From contig JAGRJD010000022.1 in the NCBI GenBank assembly GCA_020442915.1, positions 4,748-68,747 of the forward strand: a stretch of DNA of 64,000 nt. Direction: 5' to 3'. This stretch comes from Thiothrix sp. (lineage in GTDB: Bacteria > Pseudomonadota > Gammaproteobacteria > Thiotrichales > Thiotrichaceae). Below are positions 26,452 through 34,730 of the stretch, piece by piece. The position numbers and the translations under genes are program-made. Positions within the stretch are counted from its first letter, which is position 1; each line of letters starts with the position of its first letter. The notes under the pieces were generated by a model. It made no database searches and was not told where the DNA came from. It was given only the letters and a program-made list of their open reading frames with translations.

Positions 26452-27687
26452 ATGTGCAGGCTTTTGATGTTTACATGGCTGGCGGGGCTGCCGTTGTTCG
26501 GGTTGTCCGCCCAGGCGGCGGAAGTTGCCGGTCCTGCCACACCTGACTGCCGGATTGCCAGTTCCTGGTGTGTGCAGCAACCGCCCGGACCACCTGGTTA
26601 TGTCCCGGATGAATTGCTGCTGACCTATGACAGCTCCCGGCCTGCCAGTGCGGCGGAGGGGCTGATCGACCGTTTTCGTCTGCGGGAGAAGCGCAATGAT
26701 GTACTGGCTTCGGTGGGTACAGCCATGGTGACTGCAGCAATCGGCAAGCGTGACCCCGTGGCCCTGAGCCAGCTGATCAACCGCAGCAGTGATGTGGTGG
26801 AGGCGGCTCCCAGCAAGCTGTTTTATGCCATGGATGCGGCTGCACCAGCCAGTGGTGGCCGGGAACGGGGGGGGTATCCGCTGGGGCTGACGGGGATTGA
26901 GGCGGTTCATCGCCTCACCAAAGGTGCCGGTGTCAAGATCGGCATGATTGATACACCTATCGATATTTCCCATTTCGCACTGCAGAATGCCAAGGTCCAG
27001 CGTCTGGAGCTGGTCCATCCCGGCAACGCCAAAAATCAGCAGCATGGTACCGAGGTCGCCGGTATTCTGGTAAGCCAGAATCCGCGTATCGGCATCGCGC
27101 CCGAGGCCAGTCTGCTGGCCGTCAGTGCCTTCAGTGTGGACGTGAACAATCCTGATGTTCGTTCCAGTAATGCCGGTCTGGTGGCGCGTGCGATTGACCT
27201 GTGCATTCGTGAAGGGGTGGATGTGCTGAATCTCAGTTTTGCCGGAGGACAGGACAAGCTGGTTGACCGGATGATCCGGAAAGCCGTGGACTCCGGCATC
27301 ATCGTGATTGCCGCTGCCGGTAATGAAGGGCCTGCTGCAGCACCGGCCTATCCGGCAGCAACCCTGGGCGTCAAGGCGGTCACTGCCGTGGATCGTGCCG
27401 AGCAGGTATTCCGGGATGCGAACCAGGGCGATTATATTGATCTGGCCGCTCCGGGGGTCGATATCCTGACCACGGCGCCCCGGAGCTCTTTCAATGTGAC
27501 AACCGGGACTTCCATGGCTGCAGCGCATGTCACGGGGGTGGTGGCTTTGCTGCTGTCGATGAGGCGTCAGGGCTTTGATCAGGGCATCCTGGAAAAAACC
27601 GCTACGGACCTGGGAGAGCAGGGACGGGACCGTGCATTTGGCTATGGCCTTGTCAATGCGGCCCGTGCCATCAACACCATGAAGTGA
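26452..27687 (+). CDS. secreted subtilisin-like serine peptidase (S8 family) with a propeptide
   Basis: Signal peptide ...FGLSAQA-AE. Catalytic Asp (VKIGMIDTPID), His (HGTEVAGIL) and Ser (GTSMAAAHVTG) occur in S8 order. Confidence 0.9.
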   Translation: MCRLLMFTWLAGLPLFGLSAQAAEVAGPATPDCRIASSWCVQQPPGPPGYVPDELLLTYDSSRPASAAEGLIDRFRLREKRNDVLASVGTAMVTAAIGKRDPVALSQLINRSSDVVEAAPSKLFYAMDAAAPASGGRERGGYPLGLTGIEAVHRLTKGAGVKIGMIDTPIDISHFALQNAKVQRLELVHPGNAKNQQHGTEVAGILVSQNPRIGIAPEASLLAVSAFSVDVNNPDVRSSNAGLVARAIDLCIREGVDVLNLSFAGGQDKLVDRMIRKAVDSGIIVIAAAGNEGPAAAPAYPAATLGVKAVTAVDRAEQVFRDANQGDYIDLAAPGVDILTTAPRSSFNVTTGTSMAAAHVTGVVALLLSMRRQGFDQGILEKTATDLGEQGRDRAFGYGLVNAARAINTMK

Positions 27688-27688
27688 C

Positions 27689-28642
<954 letters not shown>

Positions 28643-28691
28643 TCAGGTCTTGTACAAATCTTTACAAAGGATTCTGTGCTGTCTGAGTCGT

Positions 28692-29330
28692 TCAGGGGTT
28701 CCAGTGCATGAAATTGGACAGCAGCTGCAGGCCGGCATCAGCCGATTTTTCCGGGTGGGCCTGGATGGCAAATACATTGTTGCGGGCAATAGCCGAGGCG
28801 TAGCGGATGCCATAATCCGTGCTGCCACAAACCAGTCCGGTGTCTGCCGGGTCAATGTAATAACTGTGTACAAAGTAGAAGCGTGCGCCATCAGGGACAC
28901 CTTCCCAGAGCGGGTGTGGGCGGGTGTGCCAGATCTGGTTCCAGCCGATCTGTGGAATTTTGAGGCGTGGGGCGTTTTTTTGCTGGACCCGCCCAAAATA
29001 GCGTACTTCGCCTGCATAAAAACCGGTGCAGGCAATACCGCCGTTTTCTTCGCTGTGTTCCAGCAGGACTTCAAGCCCCATGCAGATGCCGAGAAACGGA
29101 CGTTTCTGCATGACTTCATGGATGACCGGGATGAGTTCGCGGGCATGCAGTTCACGCATACAGTCGCGTGCGGCACCCTGGCCGGGGAAGATGATGCGTT
29201 CGGCCTGGAGAATGGCATCCGGATCACGGGTCACAATGACCCGGGTATCTGGCGGTGCAACGTGTTCGGCGGCCCGATGGACCGAGTGCAGGTTGCCCAT
29301 ATTGTAATCAATGATGGCGACAGTCTGCAT
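28692..29330 (-). CDS. hisH: imidazole glycerol phosphate synthase, glutaminase subunit
   Basis: VAIIDYNMGNLHSV...PFLGICMGLEVL (catalytic Cys)...FAIQAHPEKS. 212 aa. Confidence 0.95.
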   Translation of the reverse strand: MQTVAIIDYNMGNLHSVHRAAEHVAPPDTRVIVTRDPDAILQAERIIFPGQGAARDCMRELHARELIPVIHEVMQKRPFLGICMGLEVLLEHSEENGGIACTGFYAGEVRYFGRVQQKNAPRLKIPQIGWNQIWHTRPHPLWEGVPDGARFYFVHSYYIDPADTGLVCGSTDYGIRYASAIARNNVFAIQAHPEKSADAGLQLLSNFMHWNP

Positions 29331-29929
29331 TACAGGCTTCCCTTGGTGGAAGGCATGATGCCGGCCATGCGCGGGTCCGGTTCCAGCGCCATGCGCAGTG
29401 CCCGTCCGAAGGCCTTGAAGACGGTCTCGGCAATGTGGTGGGCGTTGTGCCCGCGCAGGTTGTCGATGTGCAGCGTGACCTGGGCATGATTGACAAAACC
29501 CTGAAAGAACTCATGAAACAGGTCGGTATCAAAGCGCCCGATATGAGAGCGCCGATAATCCACCTGATGTTCCAGACCCGGACGTCCGGAAAAATCGATC
29601 ACCACCCGTGACAGGGCTTCATCCAGCGGTACATAGGCATGTCCGTAACGGCGCAGGCCCTTTTTGTCGCCGACGGCTTTGGCCAGTGCCTGCCCAAGGG
29701 TGATGCCAATATCCTCAACACTGTGATGATCATCAATCTCCCGGTCTCCCTGACAGCTGATGTCCAGATCAATCATGCCATGGCGGGCAACCTGATCCAG
29801 CATGTGCTCCAGAAACGGAATCCCGGTATCAAAGCGGGACTGGCCGCCGCCGTCCAGGTTCAGGGACACCTGTATCCGGGTTTCCAGCGTATTGCGCTCT
29901 ACACTGGCGATTCGGTCTGTCATGGTCAT
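29330..29929 (-). CDS. hisB: imidazoleglycerol-phosphate dehydratase
   Basis: Start trimmed to [19 protein letters not shown]... Contains ...[16 protein letters not shown]...[11 protein letters not shown]... Its stop overlaps the hisH start by 1 nt. Confidence 0.95.
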   Translation of the reverse strand: MTMTDRIASVERNTLETRIQVSLNLDGGGQSRFDTGIPFLEHMLDQVARHGMIDLDISCQGDREIDDHHSVEDIGITLGQALAKAVGDKKGLRRYGHAYVPLDEALSRVVIDFSGRPGLEHQVDYRRSHIGRFDTDLFHEFFQGFVNHAQVTLHIDNLRGHNAHHIAETVFKAFGRALRMALEPDPRMAGIMPSTKGSL

Positions 29930-29984
29930 TTCAGCCTTGGAGGAAAACGCGAATATACCATAATCCGGCGCAGAAACCGTGGGT

Positions 29985-31139
29985 TCAATGCTGCTCTGGT
30001 GCCGGTTCCAGCACCACCTGCTGACCCCTGATCTGCAGGTGGCTGCGACCGGCCAGCAGGTCGGCAAACATGTCGTTCAGCAGATTCCCGCGCCAGTCAT
30101 CGGACAATTTTTGCCGTCCTTCGGTGAGCATTTTTTCCACCTGGGCACGGGAAGCCAGCATCTGTGGTGAGATATTATGCTGTTCAGCCTGCTGGCTGAC
30201 CGCCACCATCAGCAGGTCGGCCACCAGTGACAGCTGGCTGTCCAGCTTGCGCTTTCTGGGCAGTTGTGGCCACTGCTCCTGCGGTAGTGCTTCGGCCTGC
30301 CGGATCAGCTCCAGCCAGGTTCTGGCATGGCGCTTGATCTGGTCTTCAGTAAGTCCCCGGATCTGGTGCAGGTCATCCACTTGCTCAAGGGTCATGCGGC
30401 TCATGTCGACCAGCACTTCATCACCCAGAATCCAGCGTCGGGGCCGATCCTTATGCATGGCCTGTTCCTCACGCCAGGCGGCCAGTTCGCGCAGTATGGC
30501 CAGCCGGGCCGGTTTCAGCAGCTGCAGGTTGCGGATGCGCTCCCAGCTGCTGCGGGGGGCCGGCTCGTAGGTGGCTGGGTCCGTGAGTTTCCGGAATGAT
30601 TTTTCAAGCCAGTCCATGCGCCCGCTCTGTTTGAGTTCGGCATGCAGCAGGGGATAAACCTGGCGCAGGTAACGGACATCATCAATGGCGTAATCCAGCT
30701 GGCGCTGCCTGAGCGGACGCTGCTGCCAGTCGGTCCGGGACTGGGACTTGTCCAGCTGTACCTTGAGCAGCTGTTCCACCAGTCTGGCGTAGCCCATCTG
30801 GTCGCCCAGCCCCAGGACGGCAGCCGCGATCTGGGTGTCAAAAACCGGCGCTGGAATCTGCCGGGCCAGATAATGGAAAATTTCCAGATCCTGCCCTGCC
30901 GCGTGAAACACCTTGGTGATGCGGGGCTGTTGCAGCCACGCGAACAGGGGTTGCAGGTCGTGGATGGTCAGTGGATCAATGCAGGCCAGCGTGTCGGTGG
31001 TGGCAATCTGGATCAGGCACAGGCGTGGAAAATAGGTTTTCTCACGCATGAACTCGGTATCCAGCGCCACCCATTCGGTCTGGTCGATGGTCTGCAGGTA
31101 CCGGGTCAGTTTGGCGTCGGTGTCGATGTACTGGCTCAT
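29985..31139 (-). CDS. rnd: ribonuclease D
   Basis: DEDDy exonuclease motifs ([24 protein letters not shown]; [11 protein letters not shown]) plus an HRDC region. 384 aa. Confidence 0.9.
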   Translation of the reverse strand: MSQYIDTDAKLTRYLQTIDQTEWVALDTEFMREKTYFPRLCLIQIATTDTLACIDPLTIHDLQPLFAWLQQPRITKVFHAAGQDLEIFHYLARQIPAPVFDTQIAAAVLGLGDQMGYARLVEQLLKVQLDKSQSRTDWQQRPLRQRQLDYAIDDVRYLRQVYPLLHAELKQSGRMDWLEKSFRKLTDPATYEPAPRSSWERIRNLQLLKPARLAILRELAAWREEQAMHKDRPRRWILGDEVLVDMSRMTLEQVDDLHQIRGLTEDQIKRHARTWLELIRQAEALPQEQWPQLPRKRKLDSQLSLVADLLMVAVSQQAEQHNISPQMLASRAQVEKMLTEGRQKLSDDWRGNLLNDMFADLLAGRSHLQIRGQQVVLEPAPEQH

Positions 31140-31243
31140 GGATCAGTGTCGGTTCGGAAGCAGCGGCCATTATAGCGCTTCCACCCCCGGTCAGGGATAT
31201 TAGTATTTGAAAATATATTAATATTAGTTGAATCAATTGCTTA

Positions 31244-31272
31244 TTGACTTGTTGGCAGGCTGGTAGAATAAT
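31244..31272 (+). promoter_or_regulatory. candidate sigma70 promoter TTGACT-17 nt-AATAAT with no plus-strand CDS downstream
   Basis: TTGACT at 31244-31249 and AATAAT at 31267-31272. An alternative -10, TAGAAT at 31264-31269, gives only a 14-nt spacer. Confidence 0.35.
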
Positions 31273-31278
31273 GATTTA

Positions 31279-31381
31279 AAGCAGGTTTTATTCCTCAACC
31301 GCTAGAGAGGAGCGTTACCGCCGAAGTTGAATGAGGTGTAACGTTACGGCCCATCCTCAGATTCAGGGTGGGTCTTTTTTA
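31279..31381 (+). ncRNA. candidate small RNA of about 100 nt (three predicted stem-loops, the last an intrinsic terminator)
   Basis: It is bounded by the promoter above and the terminator at 31348-31380. SL1 pairs UUCCUC with GAGGAG. SL2 pairs AGCGUUAC with GUAACGUU. The 5' arm of SL1 (UUCCUC) and the 5' arm of the terminator stem (AUCCUC) carry CCUC motifs. No ORF was identified in this interval. Confidence 0.3.
31348..31380 (+). terminator. plus-strand intrinsic terminator overlapping the 3' end of the convergent protease gene
   Basis: (GG)CCCAUCCU-cagauuc-AGGGUGGG(UC) followed by UUUUUU at 31375-31380. The imperfect stem position is a U.G pair on the plus RNA but an A/C mismatch on the minus RNA. 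Confidence 0.55.
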
Positions 31382-33150
31382 TGTTCTTGGCCCTGAAGCA
31401 GCTGTGCCAGATAGGCGCTGATCTGTTCCGGCGTGTTACGGAAGGCGCCGCCCTGATCAATGCCTGCCAGCAGGTCAGTGCCCCGGTAGCCCGTCAGGTA
31501 ACGAATCAGCAGCAGACCATCCCGGCTGGCAGTACTGGCACCGTCAGCATCAATGTCCAGGTAGGGCAGGGCATCAGCGAGTTTCTGTTCCAGTGCCGCC
31601 GTATCAATGTTCTCACCTGAGACACCATCCGTCAGGGTCTGCCCGCGCAGACCGTTCATGTAGCGTGCTGCCAGCACGCCATCGACCAGTGCGGTTGCCG
31701 GTGCCTGGCTGTTGATGAAGCTTGGCAGGGCTGGAGCCTGTCCCAGCCAGGGGGCGATATGCGGGTAAAAGCGTTCCAGGCGGGTATACTCGTCCGGCCC
31801 GGCAGGGTTGGTGCAGGAGGAAGAGCCGCCCACCAGTGTGCCCTTGAGAAAACGTTCACCACCTACCGCCAGCCACAGCCCCGAGCCGCTGCTGCCGGGT
31901 GCCGTGATCCCCTGATACCAGGAAACCCGGGTGAAGTCACCGGATGGATTCGGGGTCACGGAATACCCGCCGGAGGTTGTTACCAGCGAAGTATAGGTGA
32001 CAAAATTACCTTCACTGTATTGGCGTTTGTCGCCGTTGCCGTGTTGCAGGCTGTGGGTGATCGCGTTATCGGCCAGCGGGTCCAGCCGCCAGCCGGACAG
32101 CCGGACGCCATCCGGGGGCGGGTTTTTGAGTAATACCAGGGTGCTGTCCAGCTCCGGACGGGTGCTGAGCAGGGTGGCTCCAGCGCCAGTTTGTTGCCAG
32201 CTGGCATCATTGCTGCCACAGCTGCTGTCCTGGTAAAACCAGAACGGCTCCATGCTGTCGGCTGCTGCCGTGTTGTTGATGCAGTGAGCGGCCGTCAGGA
32301 AATAGGGAATCTGGCTGGCGGTGTCACTGTCGGCGATCAGGGTGCCGGTACACAGGTAGCTGAAACCACTGGTATCCGTATAGACATAGCGTGCGACCGC
32401 CTTGCCTTCCTCCTGCCATTCTGTCGGGGCGCAGGCGGCACTCACCTCGCAACTGGACAGACGCAGGGCAGCGCTGGTATTGCGCAGGCCGCTGTTTCCT
32501 CCGGGTCCCTGAATCAGGTGTGACAGGCGTGGGAAAGACAGGTGGATATCAGCCGGATTGATCGTTGGGGGTGCATAAAGCTCCAGCCCCAGGGATTCAC
32601 CGGGAAAGGAGGGGGTCCACAGAGCCGCCGGATGGCTGCCCTGTGGCCGGAAGTTGTTGCTGCGGAATGGTCCCAGTACATGATTCGGGTCAAGCGGGTC
32701 AAACAGGCGGATTTCCACTCCGTCCGGCAGGGCATTGGCCTGAATCAGCACCCGGATGCGGCTGGCCTGACGTGAAATCAGTTCAAATGCGGCGGCCTGC
32801 CCGCCATCCGGCAGTTCACTCCAGGCCCAGTCGGCCACATCCGGCAGGTCAGGGATGACACGGCTGATTCCGATCGGGTAGGGACGCAGGCGGGCGTTGT
32901 TCTGGTTCAGGGGGGCCAGCTCCTGAGCGGAGGGGCTGCCGAGGTCCATGGTCATGGGGCGACCGCGAGCCATCCGTGAGGAGGCGACCGCTGCCGATTT
33001 CAGCATGGCCGGTGAGGCTGGCTTGACCTGCTGCTGTGCATGATAGGTTTCACCGCTCACCTGCAGGCTTTCTGCTGCCATGACAGGGAGGCGGGTGCCC
33101 AGCCACATGAGCGGCAGAAGCAGAAGCAGCCGGCAGGTTGCTGATTTCAT
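31363..33150 (-). CDS. secreted trypsin-fold (S1-type, lysyl-endopeptidase-like) serine protease with a C-terminal dockerin-like repeat tail
   Basis: Start trimmed to the ATG at 33150 (MKSATCRLLLLLPLMWLG..., signal peptide). Triad motifs are FLTAAHC, ELDSTLVLL and APGSSGSGLW. The last 109 aa hold two DGxLxxRYxxGxRGxxLxxG repeats, the second preceded by DIDADGASTASRD. Confidence 0.8.
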   Translation of the reverse strand: MKSATCRLLLLLPLMWLGTRLPVMAAESLQVSGETYHAQQQVKPASPAMLKSAAVASSRMARGRPMTMDLGSPSAQELAPLNQNNARLRPYPIGISRVIPDLPDVADWAWSELPDGGQAAAFELISRQASRIRVLIQANALPDGVEIRLFDPLDPNHVLGPFRSNNFRPQGSHPAALWTPSFPGESLGLELYAPPTINPADIHLSFPRLSHLIQGPGGNSGLRNTSAALRLSSCEVSAACAPTEWQEEGKAVARYVYTDTSGFSYLCTGTLIADSDTASQIPYFLTAAHCINNTAAADSMEPFWFYQDSSCGSNDASWQQTGAGATLLSTRPELDSTLVLLKNPPPDGVRLSGWRLDPLADNAITHSLQHGNGDKRQYSEGNFVTYTSLVTTSGGYSVTPNPSGDFTRVSWYQGITAPGSSGSGLWLAVGGERFLKGTLVGGSSSCTNPAGPDEYTRLERFYPHIAPWLGQAPALPSFINSQAPATALVDGVLAARYMNGLRGQTLTDGVSGENIDTAALEQKLADALPYLDIDADGASTASRDGLLLIRYLTGYRGTDLLAGIDQGGAFRNTPEQISAYLAQLLQGQEHKKDPP

Positions 33151-34607
33151 GAGTGGCCTCCTCCGCCGGGTGTTGTATGGGGCGGGACAGTGATGCGCTG
33201 CCCGTGAGGCAGGGCCGGGAGCGCCAGCAGGCTCAGCAGCAGCCCCAGCAGAATCAGCAGCCATTCCTGCAGGGTGGGAATGGCGGCAGTACCGGGAGTG
33301 GCCGTGGTGCTGGCCGTGGTCGCCGTTGCTGATGCCGTCACCGCACCGGTCTGGGGAACAGTGACCTGATTCAGGGGCTGGCTCTGATCCGTATTCCGGG
33401 AATTTGCCAGGCTTTCATCATCCCGAATCAGCAGGTTGATCTGGCTGGCAGGACCGGGTTGATAGCCGTCACCGGCCACAATGCCCAGCTGCAGGGTTTC
33501 ATCACTTTCCAGGTGATTGTCATCACGGATGATCAGGGCCGTAAAGGTGGTCTGGCTGTTGGCATCAAAGGTGATGGCGGTATTGTCCAGCTGGTAGTCC
33601 TGCCCGGCTGTGGCCGTGCCGTCAAGCTGCAGCTGCACGGTCAGCGGAACGGATAAATCGCCCTGGGTCCGGGTCAGGGCCAGCAGCACGGTACCGGATC
33701 GGGCTTCATCCAGAGTGCTCTGGCTGCTGCTGATGCTGACCAGGGTTGGCAGGACTGGCTGGTCTGCGTCCCGGATCTGCAGGGTCGCGGTTGTCGGTGC
33801 CACGAGGATATAGCCGGTTTCCGGTACCAGCGTCAGGCTCAGGCTTTCATCCACCTCGGATGCCTGATCAGTCCGCGCTGTGATGGCGACATCGGTAAAC
33901 TGGCTGCCGGCAGGCAGGATGATACTGGAGGGCAGGGCGGTGTAATCCTGATCCGGGGTGGCTGTACCGCCAGCCTGCAGGCTGACCTGAAGATCGCCAC
34001 AACCCTCTGGAAGTACGGTCTGGCTGCGGATACGCACCAGCCCTGCCGGCCCGCCTTCTGTCGCGGCCTGGCTCAGGGCGGTTATGGAGAGTTCGGGCTT
34101 TTGGCACAGGATCAGCGGTGGTGCATGAAGGTTGGTATTGCGTGCCGTGGCGGCGGTTGACAGGTTGATACGGGTATGGGCGGAAAAATTGCCAGTGGTC
34201 CGGACCTGGAGCTGGAACAGCGGCAACGGCAATTGTCCGGTTCCGGGCCAGCCAGCGTCCAGATCAAGCCAGGACAACAGGTAATACCGGTCGGTGCGCG
34301 GGTCATGGTCAGCATCCTCACTGTCTGGCCAGGGGCCGCTCAGGGGCTGCAGTCCATCGGGGTAGCGCGTGTTGACAGCCAGCTCCAGCGCACGGGTATC
34401 AAAATGAATCCGAACGCCCAGGCCGGTTTCCTGTCCGGTTTCGGGCTGGCTGACTGTGTAGTACCAGGGGATATCAAGGGTCGTGTTGCTGTCGATGAAA
34501 CGGGTCGGTGCCTGTGCTGTCAGGTTCTGGCTGGCCCACAGGGACGTACTGCCGGACAGCAGACACAGGATGAAGCAGGCTTTAAGGGGCAGGGCAGGCG
34601 TCTTCAT
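33147..34607 (-). CDS. secreted surface protein: beta-rich N-terminal domain, two Calx-beta-like modules and an IPTL-CTERM-like sorting tail
   Basis: Signal peptide MKTPALPLKACFILCLLSGSTSLWA. Two Calx-beta-like modules (GGTATPDQDYTALP...ATLQIRDAD; DGTATAGQDYQLDN...INLLIRDDE). A T/A-rich linker is followed by IPTLQEWLLILLGLLLSLLAL. Its stop overlaps the protease ATG (ATGA). Confidence 0.75.
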   Translation of the reverse strand: MKTPALPLKACFILCLLSGSTSLWASQNLTAQAPTRFIDSNTTLDIPWYYTVSQPETGQETGLGVRIHFDTRALELAVNTRYPDGLQPLSGPWPDSEDADHDPRTDRYYLLSWLDLDAGWPGTGQLPLPLFQLQVRTTGNFSAHTRINLSTAATARNTNLHAPPLILCQKPELSITALSQAATEGGPAGLVRIRSQTVLPEGCGDLQVSLQAGGTATPDQDYTALPSSIILPAGSQFTDVAITARTDQASEVDESLSLTLVPETGYILVAPTTATLQIRDADQPVLPTLVSISSSQSTLDEARSGTVLLALTRTQGDLSVPLTVQLQLDGTATAGQDYQLDNTAITFDANSQTTFTALIIRDDNHLESDETLQLGIVAGDGYQPGPASQINLLIRDDESLANSRNTDQSQPLNQVTVPQTGAVTASATATTASTTATPGTAAIPTLQEWLLILLGLLLSLLALPALPHGQRITVPPHTTPGGGGHS

Positions 34608-34699
34608 GCGACCCGATTGTTGTTTTTTATTAATGGTAACTATAAATGAAAACTATCAGAGATAATAAGTTAAATCCCGTGTGAATGAAATGGATTGAT

Positions 34700-34727
34700 C
34701 AAAAAAAGCGGATACCGTTCATCCAGC
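34700..34727 (-). terminator. probable intrinsic terminator after uup
   Basis: On the minus strand, just after the TAA: GC(U)GGAU-gaacggu-AUCCGC followed by UUUUUUU. The stem is 6 bp with one bulge. Confidence 0.45.
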
Positions 34728-34730
34728 GGG

